From contig LPNZ01009878.1 of NCBI GenBank assembly GCA_001655205.1, positions 71,690-135,689 of the forward strand: a DNA stretch of 64,000 nt. Reading direction: 5' to 3'. The notes under the pieces are model-generated. The model was not told the DNA's origin and did no database searches. It worked only from the letters and a program-made list of their open reading frames with translations. The position numbers were made by a program, and so were the translations under genes. Source of the stretch: Lenisia limosa (Eukaryota > Protista > Breviatea). Each line of letters opens with the position of its first letter. Position 1 is the first letter of the stretch. Positions 12,565 through 24,900 of this stretch are shown in pieces.

Positions 12565-15500
12565 ATGTCTCAACTACGGGATGATAATTTTGATGTAAGT
12601 TTGGGAGAGACTACCCGATTTGCTCTTCTAGAGTTCTAGTTCCACGTTGTCATAACGAAGTATTCACCTCGAGCACTTTTCCTGGAGCTTTACTTTTTTA
12701 CTCTTTCAGGACCCTTCACTGATCGATAATGAGATCAGTGAACAGCAGTGGAAGAGGGGTGCTATCAAGCGTGTCCGTGTGCAGAATTTTATGACCTACG
12801 ATCAGGCTGAGATTGAGATGGGTCCTGGACTTAACTTTGTAAGAGGTTACTTGTATTCACTATTTTGAAAATTTGTCAAGCTAATATTTCAGATTTTGGG
12901 TCCCAACGGTACAGGTAAATCGTCCCTCGTCTTCACTATTATCATTGCCTGCCTTGGTAAACTCAAAGTTTGTGGCGCGCCTTTCTTCTCTGTTGTGGTT
13001 AAGGCTTCACTTCGGACCATAATATCGATATTTATCAAGAATTTATTGGTATTTATTCATGTTGAACCAAGCACTAGTTGTACGTTGCCCCCTCCTGCTA
13101 ATAAGCGAAGAGGCATATAAACAGTTATTATAAAGAGTCACAGTTTAGGACCATGAGAGAGCTGACAGTTTGGGAGGGTTTGTAAAAACGGGCTGTGACG
13201 AGGCTTACGTGGAGCTAACTCTTCATGACGATGAGGCTAAGGTGAGAGTTGTCTTTGATCGCGCTTTCTCCTTTTTCTTTTTTTTCTTTCCCTCTATATT
13301 TTCTTCCCTTTTCCGCTTGAGTATCCTCTTGTGACTTCTTCAAGCATAGTTGCACAGTAATGGGAAGATCCTTCAAAGCCACTGGCGGATCAAGTACATT
13401 CTTCATGAACAGCAAGCATGTCAAAAAAGAACTCTATGTAACACGCCTCGCTGATTATGGGATCAAGGTGAGAGACGGAACTTTCTCTCCCTTTTGGCAT
13501 CGCAGGATGATGACAGTGCATTTATGAATCTAGATTGACAACAAGTTCCAAGCCTTGCCCCAGGAAGAATTGGCTCGAGTGACGCAGTTCACGCCCCCTG
13601 AGTTACTCTCTCATCTCCAAGATCGTGAGGAGAGGACGGTGCTTGGATCGTGAGGAGAGGACTGTGGTTGGAGATCGTGAGGAGAGGACAGTGGTTGGAT
13701 CGTGAGGAGAGGACGGTGGTGGGATCGTTTTCTTTCCTAACACAGAAGTGATTGACCCTCAACTTGTTGAAGAACAAAGCACACTAGCTAACTTCCAAGA
13801 GTCAATGAATAGGAAAGCAAAGGTTGGTGACGGCAAAGGTGGTTTTACTCCTTAGGACTTGGCTTCTGAGGAGAAGAACCAGGTGATTCTGACTGACAAA
13901 TTCACAAAGGTACGTTATTGCTTCTCTTTTTCTTTCTTTTCATTCTTTGCCTTCCCCTTTTCATTGTCTCCAGGTTGAGGAAGAATACAATCAGTTCAAA
14001 GAATTAGAAGGCATGAGAGAAAAGGTAGTATTGAGTGAATGAAGTGACTTATTATTTCAGCACCAACAACTTGAAATGAAGAAGCCTTGGCTAGAGTATC
14101 ACGAAACCACCAAAACTGAAGCTTTGGTATGCGTTCTTCTTTTCTGTATCAATTTCTATACCTCCCTCCACTCCTTTTTTTAAAATCTTTTAGGCGAAGG
14201 AAAAAATGGAAGAAGCCTTGTCGGAATACCAGGAGAAGCAGAAGCCGCTGGAGCCTTTGAAGAAGAAAAAGCTGTTTGTGCTGTGCATGTCCTTGCGAAT
14301 TGACCGTGTAGTGAGGCGAAAAAGGCGTTCGATCGTACGCGGCCGAAGGAAGTCGACCGCAACCAGCCCAATAGTCTGGTTCGCCACTTTGCCAACAGCG
14401 TTCGCACCATCGACCCCAACATTTCGGTATGCATTTCAATGAAAATGCCTCTTCTTACACAAAAGGGTTTCAAAGAGCAAATCGAAGAAGCTGAACGATC
14501 TGAGAAAAAGTAGGCTCTAACTGCCAATTATCAAATGAAATGTGACTTGAATATAGCACACAGTAGAACTATTTTGTTACAATTTCAGGAGAGTAAAGGA
14601 GATCGAAAAAGAGGAGGCGCGACTAGAGACTATCAATATCAAAATCAGGGAGTACCAAATGCCTGATGAGAGTGTCAAGGTTTGGGGAGTGCCCTTCAAA
14701 TGATAATAGAGGCTCTTCGTGTCTTGACTTTTTATAGAGGCATTTGGACGAAGAAAAATACAACCTTAACAAGGAATCGGAGGAAATTGTCGCACATATG
14801 CGAAGGTTTGAGCCTGGCCTTGTGACTCCCTCCCTCCCTATCCTTTTCCTCAATGCTGCGTTTCATCGTGATTTCACATAATTCATTTAATGGATATTAT
14901 ATTCTTTGTGGCTCTGGTCGAATTTTCAATTTCTCATTTCCCTGCAGATGTGATGGTGACATTCGCATTATTCAGAATTCAAAGAGTACCCTCGAGAGAA
15001 AGTTGGCCATTTTTTGTGACCTTTTCCTTTCTAACGTTACAGTATCAAGGAACTCAATAAACACTCCAATTTCCGCGAAGACTCTTTTGTCAGTGCTAAG
15101 AGCATCAGAGGCGCACGTGAAATCGGGACCTGCATCAACGCTATCCGGTAAGCATGGCCTGTCAAGATCTTGGTGAATGAGAGCGATTTTGACTTCGCAG
15201 ACATGGAGTTAAGAACGGAGATCTTCAGTTGAGGGGACGCTTCTTTGAACCTTGTGTCCTCTCAGTGGGCCAACACAGATCAATATCTGATATGTATTCA
15301 CATAGTATTACTTTCTATGGTTTTTATGATATTTTTCATAATAAAAAGCATGTTGTCTGACAATAACAACTTATCGGTAGTTTTGTTTCACTTATCGGCC
15401 TCGTCTTTGAGGGAAAGAAGTTGTTTTGATTGTTCCAGATAAATTTGGTGTCAAATGCCCCGAAGCTTGCGGCGTCTTGGCTTGAGCACGCTATTAGTCA

Positions 15501-18500
15501 GGACATCCAGAAGGTTTGCTCACTCCCTTTTAGCCAATTTCACACTTCAGGCAATGTATTTTGAATTTGGTGAAGACTTGAAAACAGTGCAAAACTTTGT
15601 CAATAGGAGCGTCTCCAAGGTAGGGGTGTGACAGGTTTTAACTCATTTCTCTCAAAGATGAATTTCACATAAAAGCTCAACTGCCACCACTATTTTGTGC
15701 TGCATCTTTGACGTTTTTCAGTCGGTTGCATCTCAAATGGTGTATGTCAGTTATGAAACCGAGAGGGAATATCCCGATCCTGCTGATCGCGCGGAGGTAT
15801 GATATTAACTGTTTTCTGTTATCATACATGCCGAATGACTAATTGCATCAGGTTAAAGAATTCGGTGTTCATGGCTTCCTTTCAGACCTCTTTGAGATGG
15901 ACCCATTCCACAAAAAGTGTATTTTAGACAGAACACAGCTCCACAGAATTGTAAGCCTTTTGATTATCCCTTCTCTCAGTCCTAAAATCCAATAATCTTC
16001 TTATTCTACGTGATTCTCTTCCTCACCACCCTATTCCAGGCGTATGGTAATGACATCAAATACCAAGAAATAGGCAAGCTCACAAAAGGAAACATTACTT
16101 CAGCGTATTACGGCAATAATGATATTGTGACAATGAAAAAGTCCTACTACTCTGGCGAAATGGTGTATTCGACAAAGTTTGAGGGTCGCCATTCTTCATC
16201 TCTTTAGAACTTTGTTATACATTTGCTTACCATATCCAGGACTTTCTTCAAAAAACCGGAAGTCATTACCCCCGNNNNNNNNNNNNNNNNNNNNNNNNNN
16301 NNNNNNNNNNNNNNNNNNNNNNNNNNNNNNNNNNNNNNNNNNNNNNNNNNNNNNNNNNNNNGAATGAAGAGAAGATTCTGGCCTTGCAGCGCCGAATGGA
16401 TGATGCTGACACCAAAATCGCGCATTACAAGGAGTAGGCTCGTGACCTAAGTGCTGACATTGCAGGAAGCAACGCGAAATGAAGGGACGACTCGCAGAAA
16501 TCAATGACCACATCAACAGAAACAAGGAGGCTGGTGTAGGCTGGCCAGATTCTCTTTGTTGTGTGCTGTTCTGAGCCAGATTTTCTTCCTTGTATGCTGT
16601 TCTGATTGCTGTAGAGAAGTTATCAGCGCCAGATCCATGACCAAAAGAAGTTGTTGGGCCAAAAATGTAGGGGCAGGCTGCACGTGATTATTGTGTTGTG
16701 TAAAACTCTTCTCATATAAAATATTCTAAAATCGGTTTTTTTTGACATAATAGCAACTGCTGAGGAAGTATTGAATACAATTCGCAACCAACCTTCAGCG
16801 GAAGAAGAAATCCGGAAGGTGGGTCTCTTTATCTCTTTCTATCAAGCTTCCGTTTAAGTCATGTTTGATATCATCCAATGACATTCAAGAATGAGGAGAA
16901 CATTGCTAAAGTGTGGGCAAAATACAACGGCAAGCCAGCAGACCTCGTGGTATGTTTACGCGACTGAATGAGGCAATCGCTGACGTTCTAGAGTGCTTTG
17001 ATTCCTGGTCTTGAGAAGTACAGCAAGAGACGCACCGGTCTCATTCGGAGAGCTGTCTGCAAAATCGAATATGAGAAGGTCGACTCGCAACTCAAACACC
17101 TGGAGGTTGCTGGGGTGAAAACGGGCTTTTGTGTGTTGCTTTTTATTTTGGTTTTGTTTTTTCAAGGATCTGTTCAATCTTACCATTTGGTGTTGGCTGT
17201 TCATATGAAGATTGAGACTGACTTTGTAGAATATTATCGCAGAATTCCGTCGCCAGTTCAACATCTGTAAGCCTCCAACAGAACCAAGCCTTGTCCTTGT
17301 TGTTAACTGTTTAGCGAAAGACGCACATGAAGAGGCACATACACAGATGATTAATGCACGCACCGTAGCCAACAACGTAAGAAATGAGCCTGATTGAAGT
17401 CGGTTGAATATTTATGCCATCAGGTCTGGCCCTACGAAAAGAACGGCGAAAAGGAGATTTATGACTCTGTAAGTGATTTATGGTGTTCTCTGACGTTTTA
17501 GCTCCCTGACAACCTTGCTGAACTCACCACAACTCTGATTCGTATAGCAGCCCAAATTAACGTAAGTACTGTTTTTCATATTGTTAAACCCTTTACTTTG
17601 GTGACCATCCCAGGCCGTGCACACTGGTCATCGTGATATTAAAGCAGAGTTCGAATATGCGAAGGAGGCACTTGCTGCTTGTGTTCGAAAAATCAAGGAA
17701 ATCTCAATGACGATCACAAACACTGGGGTGAGCGTGATAGTCTTGCCTTTTGTTGAACTGATGATCTCTATTAAAGCAGTTTTTCACCCCTCCCCCTAGG
17801 ATGACATTGTCCGCCGTCGTAAGGCTTGGGTCAATGAAGTGGACTCCATCGTGGAGCGTGCCAATGAGAGCTTCAAGGAAGTCGTGAATTACATGGACTT
17901 CAGCGCCTACCTCGAATTCGGTTTGCTACTGCTTCCTTCCTTCCTTCCTTCTTCACTTGCTTGTCATTTTGCCTTGTTTATTCTCCAGACAAGCCCAAGG
18001 ACTCTGAAAAGAATGACTTGTTCAATGAGTTCGGCATCAAAATCATGGTTAAGTTCCCGCACCACACTGAGCATCGTGTTTTGAGCAGTAGGCTTCGTGT
18101 TGCAACCCTGTCTTTTTTTAATCAATCACGTCTATTATGGGATGACAAAGATGGGATCATAGCTTGACATTTCAGCGATGGCACAATCTGGAGGAGAAAA
18201 AGCGATCTCCGTTATGTCTTTCCTTCTCGCTCTCCAAACCGTGGCAAAGTGTCCATTTAGATTTATTGATGAAATCGAACAAGGTGGGGTTGTAAAAAAA
18301 ACTTATTATGAGTATTACTCCCCACCTTTCCCGTTCAGTTTTTATTTTTTACTTTTCAGGCATGGATAAAAAGAATCACACGATGGTGTGGGAGGCCATC
18401 CTCAAAACTACCAGGTCGCAGCATTCCCCCCAGGTTTGTTTTAACTTGTAACTCATGCAATAGTACTTCATTCTCACCCCCAAACTGCGTGATGGCTTTA

Positions 18501-18789
18501 AATACACACGTGACGTTCGTGTGCATCTACTTTTTAACGGTTGGCCCAACTATCTGGCTTGAGTTTTTTTTTTGTGTGTGTCTTTTTGTCTCATTATCCA
18601 GGTCACTTCAACCACATGTTCAAGCGCCGCCTGATTGAGATGGTTGAGAATGAAGCCTCTCAGCCTGTCACCTCGCAACCGCCACAAAACTCACAAAGAG
18701 CGGTTCGTGTCTCTTGACTGTCTTGACCTCATCTTATTATGTAGACCCCCAAGAGACAGAGGAAACGAAGAATTGATGATGAGGATTGA
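12565..18789 (+). CDS. SMC5: Structural maintenance of chromosomes protein 5 (divergent)
   Basis: N-terminal head: GAIKRVRVQNFMTYD and Walker A ILGPNGTGKSS. Long coiled-coil exons follow. C-terminal head: [36 protein letters not shown] and QYFILTPKL, which is SMC5-type. An N gap interrupts 16275-16361. Confidence 0.9.
13621..13728. repeat. Tandem repeat, 25-27 bp x 4, spanning a SMC5 donor site
   Basis: The unit gatcgtgaggagaggacggtg(c/g)ttg starts at 13621, 13646, 13673 and 13698. Confidence 0.95.
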
Positions 18790-18906
18790 GTATTATTTAA
18801 TAGAAGTTATTGATGGTACTTTGGCCCTTTTCTCTCAACGAAACATCAAATAGTACTTCATAACCCCAACCCCAACCCCAAGAATAACAAGAATAACGGC
18901 TTTGCT

Positions 18907-21900
18907 TTAGATCTGCAAGTAGGACGCGGGAACAACTCCTCTCCGCCCTCTCAGCGACACCTCAACCCAACCATCGCCGTCAGGCTGAATGGTCAGAAAT
19001 CACCTGGTCATATGGACTTTGTCTTTAAATAAAACTAGGCACCCGCCTCTCCAGCATCTAATAAAACTAGGCACCCACCTCTCCAAGCATCTCCACGTTG
19101 TCACCCGGCTTGATTGACAACTCGCCTGGACCAGAAGACGCGTATTCATAGAGAACTTCAGTAGATGCTGACACTATTGCGACTGAGCAGTTAGACCAAA
19201 AACTGCCTGTGTTGAAATGTGATATTTCAGCAAAGATGAAACATTTCAGTTTAAGATGATATTTCAACCCCTCACAATCGTCCATTGTTGAAGCTCCTAC
19301 GGTTGAAGCGCCCATAGTTGCGGTGGTAGTGTTATCATCAAACTCTTCGAACGAACTAAACCGTCAGAAGAGGTACAAACCCAGCTTACGGTGACGGTTG
19401 AGGCTTCTTCAACTTTGAGGTTGGATCGGTCTTCCTGAAGGCAACTGCAACCACTGCCCCAGCCACTGTGAAGGCACCAAGAGCTCCTCCCTACAATATA
19501 AGACCACTTATGTTGCTGCAAAGCGTTTATTCAAAAGACCTGCCTACAACGAGGGTCGTAGTTGAGATGCCATCATCGCCTGCGTTGTACTCTTCCGCAA
19601 TAACGGGTCCAGTGAACTCGACCATCTTCACTCCTAGGGTGTTGCATGAGAGACAGAAAACATGACAGAGTATTGTCACCCAAATCATGGCAGCTGACCT
19701 GAACCGAACTGGAGTTGGACAGAGTTGGACGACCAAAGGCCAGCTACTGGGGCAAAGAACAGATCAACGGTGCGGTTGGAGGATACCTGATTTGTCAAAG
19801 GGCTACTGTGCCGCTTTCACCATGAAAATACAGCATGACATAGGCAGGGTGACCATACCGAGGGAAGTGGACACTCCGCGTAACCATTGGAGGCGCTATA
19901 CGACCCAACTGTCGTACTGAAACCCTCGGATTCATGTCCATATCTAAATGATTAGCTCTTAACAATCCTGAAATGAATTCATATCCTGATGTCTGAGCGG
20001 AAAGAATCCTTCCCATACCTGCAAACACCAGTAGTTGAGTCTCCCATGGAGTCAAGGTAGCGACCAAAGATGCGAATGGGGAATCTGGGAGGTGGGGGAG
20101 TGAGATAAAGAAAGTGTCAACAGTTCAGACTAATAGATTGTAGTCCTCCGCTCACTCTGCACCAGTCAAGGGGACGATATTCGGTACTGCGGCGGACAAA
20201 ACGGGGGCAATCACAACCTTGACCTTGGTCGTGAGCTATTACATACATACGTAGCCTCTTATTTCAATTTAAAGAGAGCCTACCTTGACACCAGCACCTG
20301 GGGCAGCACCAGCCTGGCTGATGGCCATCGTCGCACTTCCTACGGTGAAGGTCAGAATTTGCAAAGAAGGAATTGGAAAAAGAACGGAAGATGCCAAAAG
20401 CCAAAAGCCAACCCAGGGTCTGAACAGCCACAGTTGGACACGTGACTTTGAGGTTGGCTGAGTCCTTGGTGCAGGCAGTCGACGAAATATCGGCGCTGTT
20501 CAAAGTGACCGTTACTGCTGATGATCTGCAAAATGGGTGAAAATTAGGCTTGGAAGGTCAAAAGAGAACAGGAAAGAGAAAAAGATCTGGAAGAAGAAAG
20601 AAAATTAGACAAGGAACAGTATTCCGTTGACATACGGGATAGCATCAACGGTGAGAGTGATGCTGGAGGCCTCGTTGGCAATGAGGAATTTCGGAGAGGC
20701 GGCTGTGACTGTTGTTGTTGATGCTGCAGTACCACACATATTATTGGTGCAACTGGGAGAGGTCATCATCACATGATGGTAGGTAAACATAATACAAGAA
20801 ATGGTTGAAGTCCATGAAGCTAACGTGAGAGATCCCGAGCAATCGCTGTTTTGGAGACAACTGGTACGACACTTGCTGCTGCATGCGTAGTTGTAGCAGG
20901 AAATGACCGGACTGTTTAGTCAGTTTTGATATCCAACCCCCAGGCAACTAGAATACTCCGCCAGCAACCTGTCAACGCACGATCCGGAATAGCACGCGCC
21001 CTTAGGAAGGAACTCGTCTGCTGTTGTTGAGCACATGGCCTTCCCACAACTCTGGCCGTCTCTACTTGATTGGCAGTATCCTGAACCGCATGATTGGCAT
21101 TCCTGTCAAAGTGAGTGTGATGTGGTTAAGAATAGTAAGCTTTCCCTTAGAATGCATAGTGCCAAAACAAGTCCCAGCCTACCCCTCCACACGCCTTGTT
21201 GCAGCACATGCCCGAGGCGCAGACGCCACTTTGACACTCACTCTCCAACTCGCAAGTCTTGCCATTCGCCTGAACATTGAGGATGGTTTTGAGTGGTTAC
21301 AGGAACAATATTATAGTACTATCGTCAAGAAGACAACTCAGACCTTGAGATTGGTGTCGCAAATGGGAACAGAACAGACATCGGCAAGGACCGGGGTGGC
21401 TAAGCCTGAGTCTTGACAGAGCGATTGGCTTCAGTGTGAAACAACAAAAAATTGAATAAATAAATAGAAGCAGAAGTCTAAAATTTTAAATAAGCAAATC
21501 AAAGCGGATAACATATGTACCTGAGCTCCGTGGCTAGACATGCCTGCATACCTGACTTCGTCGCCATCCTCATTGACGCATACTGCGGTGCGGGAGCGAT
21601 GGCCATCGCCTGAGGCGCTGCATGCTGGAGCGCAGGTTGAATACACCGACGTCAACCACATGTAGTGCACCTCTGGGGGGGGGGTTAGACTCCAGGCTTG
21701 AGATCACAAGATCACGCACCTGAGCAAGCTGTGCCGGTCCAGGACCCGTCACTGCCACAAGTCATTTCGGTCTCATCTCCATCTGGCCCTGAGGAGGCTG
21801 CACGGAATCCTGCGGGTGTGAAAAGAGTCAAGGGGCTAAAAGAAGAAAAAGTGTCACTAACCCCTTGTAATTCCAAGTAGGCATACCTCTGTTGCAAGTG

Positions 21901-24900
21901 AAGGTACATTTATCTCCCACTGCAACTGAGCCACAAGAGGACGCTGCATTGGGGAGAGATCCACACTTGATTACTGGGGGGGGGGGGGANNNNNNNNNNN
22001 NNNNNNNNNNNNNNNNNNNNNNNNNNNNNNNNNNNNNNNNNNNNNNNNNNNNNNNNNNNNNNNNNNNNNNNNNNNNNNNNNNNNNNNNATATTTGAAAAA
22101 CAAAATAAGTTCATAACTCAGACCCACATTTACAAGACGGCACACTCTCCATGAATTTGCCATTGCTGTTGCAAGTCATTGTTTTCGTTTTTCTAGAAGT
22201 ACGTCAGGGTCAAAATCCAAAATCCAATTTAGAAAAATATAAAAGTGACTTCCAAAAAGGCAGCTTACACTCCAGAGGAAATGTGATATCCCGAACTGCA
22301 GGTGATGGTGCAAGTGTTGGGAGCCTTTTGGGTTACAAGGGAAAAGAGGAGGCATTACGATAGCAGCATGAAAAGTCCACCAACATTGACGGAAGAACAC
22401 GCAGTTGCTGCATCGGAGTTCGCTACCGTGGGTTTGGCACATGAAATTGTGTCGGTGGCTGGATGGTTGGTGTTATGTCCATCTCGGCGTAAAAGTCTAC
22501 ATATTCCTCTGTTTTTACTAGCAATTGGAGGTTTCCAAGAGTTATTTTTTCTTCTCAAAATAAGAGGACACCATAATCCTTAGATCCCCAGCTTTACCCA
22601 CCTGGACACGTGGTTGATGACCACACTCCAGAGCTATTGCAAGTCACTGTACGCGTGGAGCCGGATTTACACTGAATCGAACATCTGAATAATTAGGTTT
22701 CGATGTCACTAAACTCAGAACTGCAGGGAACCAGGGTAGGCCAAGCTGAGAAGCAGAACCCACGTTGAACCAGAGGCGGCGCCGCTGCAGCCAGCACCAA
22801 GGGTTCCGAAGGGCACAGCCGACTTTTGTCCGCCTATCGAGTCAGCATCGTTGTTGATTCAAAGGTTAGAGAGGCCCGGGCCTACATCTGCAGACGCCGG
22901 TGTTGCAGTCGGCTGACACTGCCGGTTTTTCTTCCTTGCAGTACTGCGAACCTGAAGCATGACCTTTCACAAGAAAAACAGCCAGATATGTATATCCTCG
23001 AGAAATACTGGCCTTGTCAACAACAGAACATCATGGCCTGACACCCCCAACTTTGTGAGCACGTGACGGAGCGCGTTTTGGTGCCGCCGCCGCACTGTTT
23101 GTTGCAGCTTCCCCAGTCGCCAACCTAGGGCTGTCAGACGGTTCTCAGAACAGGGAGTAGCCATATACTATTCAGACATGGGGTTGCAACCAAGTCCCCA
23201 CAGACTGTCCAATAGCCACAAAGCTGTGCGTTACAGACTTGTGACGACTCTGGAGCCGGACCTATTTATTAGTGACCTCATTGTAGCGGTATATATATAC
23301 ATCAAAAGTCCTTGTATGGCATACCCAGGAGTTCTAGGCACTGGGCAATATCTCTGTTGCAGTTGACAGTTCGCGTGCGGGTTCCGCCGTTGCAGGTCTC
23401 AGAGCAGCTGCTCCACGAACCAGTCTAAGATGGTCAACTATCAACTATCCAAGTCCAGTCTAAAATGCTATCAACCCTCCCACGTTCCATGACGGACATG
23501 ATTCGGTGTTGCATGTTTGCGATGCGGCGGGTTTGGAGAGGGAAAGAGCCGTGCACTCACTATCTGCAACCTACATACAATGACTAATTGTATATCAATC
23601 TGTGAGAACTACTTGTGGTTCTAANNNNNNNNNNNNNNNNNNNNNNNNNNNNNNNNNNNNNNNNNNNNNNNNNNNNNNNNNNNNNNNTGGGTACAAGACA
23701 CAAGACTCTCTACCCTCCCACTCGTTTGCCAAGGTACAAACAGTTAACAACGCGGGTTTGCGTTCCACTTCCGCACTTCTTCGAACACTCACTCCAATCA
23801 CCAGTCTAAAACATTAGTCTAACCAAAAACATTGTTGAGATGCATTTCAGGAAGGTCATGCGGTCATCACTCATTTCCCTTATTCGGTCCTACGGAGTTC
23901 AAACCTCATATTTAGCGCAGTCCATAGTGTTACAGGCCTTGGTAGTCGCGGGCTTGGATTTGATGTCACAATAGAAGTCACTGACAACGGTTCCGTCATT
24001 CTTGACCTGGTACCGTGATTACTGTCTTTGAACTTTCACATCCAAGATGTTTGATTCTCAACTGGCATTCATTGTCGACCCCCTCCCACCTTGCAGGTAA
24101 CTGTCCGCATGTTTTCACCTCCTCCACAAGGCTTATCACAGTCAGACCAGGAACCTAGGGGTGTGATTAAAAGACCAAAGGGTAGATACAACGAGAAAGA
24201 TAATGATACCACATTAAAATTAATAAAATAATGATATCACTTCAGTCCCAAAACAAGATGTGAGTAAATCTTCAATATAAAAAAGAAGATAAATCCAAGG
24301 ACTTATCATGATATGACCAACCGGTGGTCCACTCGTAAGAAGCGTCACAAGGGGGGCTCTGGCAGCTCTGCGAAATTGCAGGGAATCCTGAGGGACAAGC
24401 ATCGGATGCCTTACCTAGGAAAATGAGGTGCGCCTTATAAAAATTCCTGCACCTTCGGGATCAATGCAGGCGGTTCGGGTCTGTGTACCGGACTGTCCGC
24501 AAGGCCCAGTGCACTTCGACCATGCGCCTGGTGAACTGAACTGTAAGGTCGTCTATTGTGCTATTCCGGTACCAGCCCCTTACTTGATGTAACTTGCTTT
24601 GTCCGCTTCAATAGCAGAAATGCAGGATTTGGAGACACAGACCTGGAAAGTTAGTAAAGACTGTTGGAACACAATAAGCATCAAACACGGGTCCTTAAAT
24701 GGTGACGGCAACAAGCAACTGGATCCTTGGTCTTGGACATTAAACACACCTTATCCGTGTCACAAGTGGTTCCTGTCGGGACAGTCCAGGAAGAAGAAGC
24801 TGAATACATGTCAACTCATGAAGGAAGCTATCCAATCACAAACAGCCACCTACAGAAGCAAGAGCCTGAAGAGCTTTTGCAGTAGCTTCTTGTGCAGTCT

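Noticed and set aside
18862-18881. (CCCCAA)3, and TTAGGG copies near 228-280, as telomeric or interstitial telomeric repeats
   Set aside because: Only 2-3 units each. The TTAGGG copies fall within an exon duplication encoding IPN.
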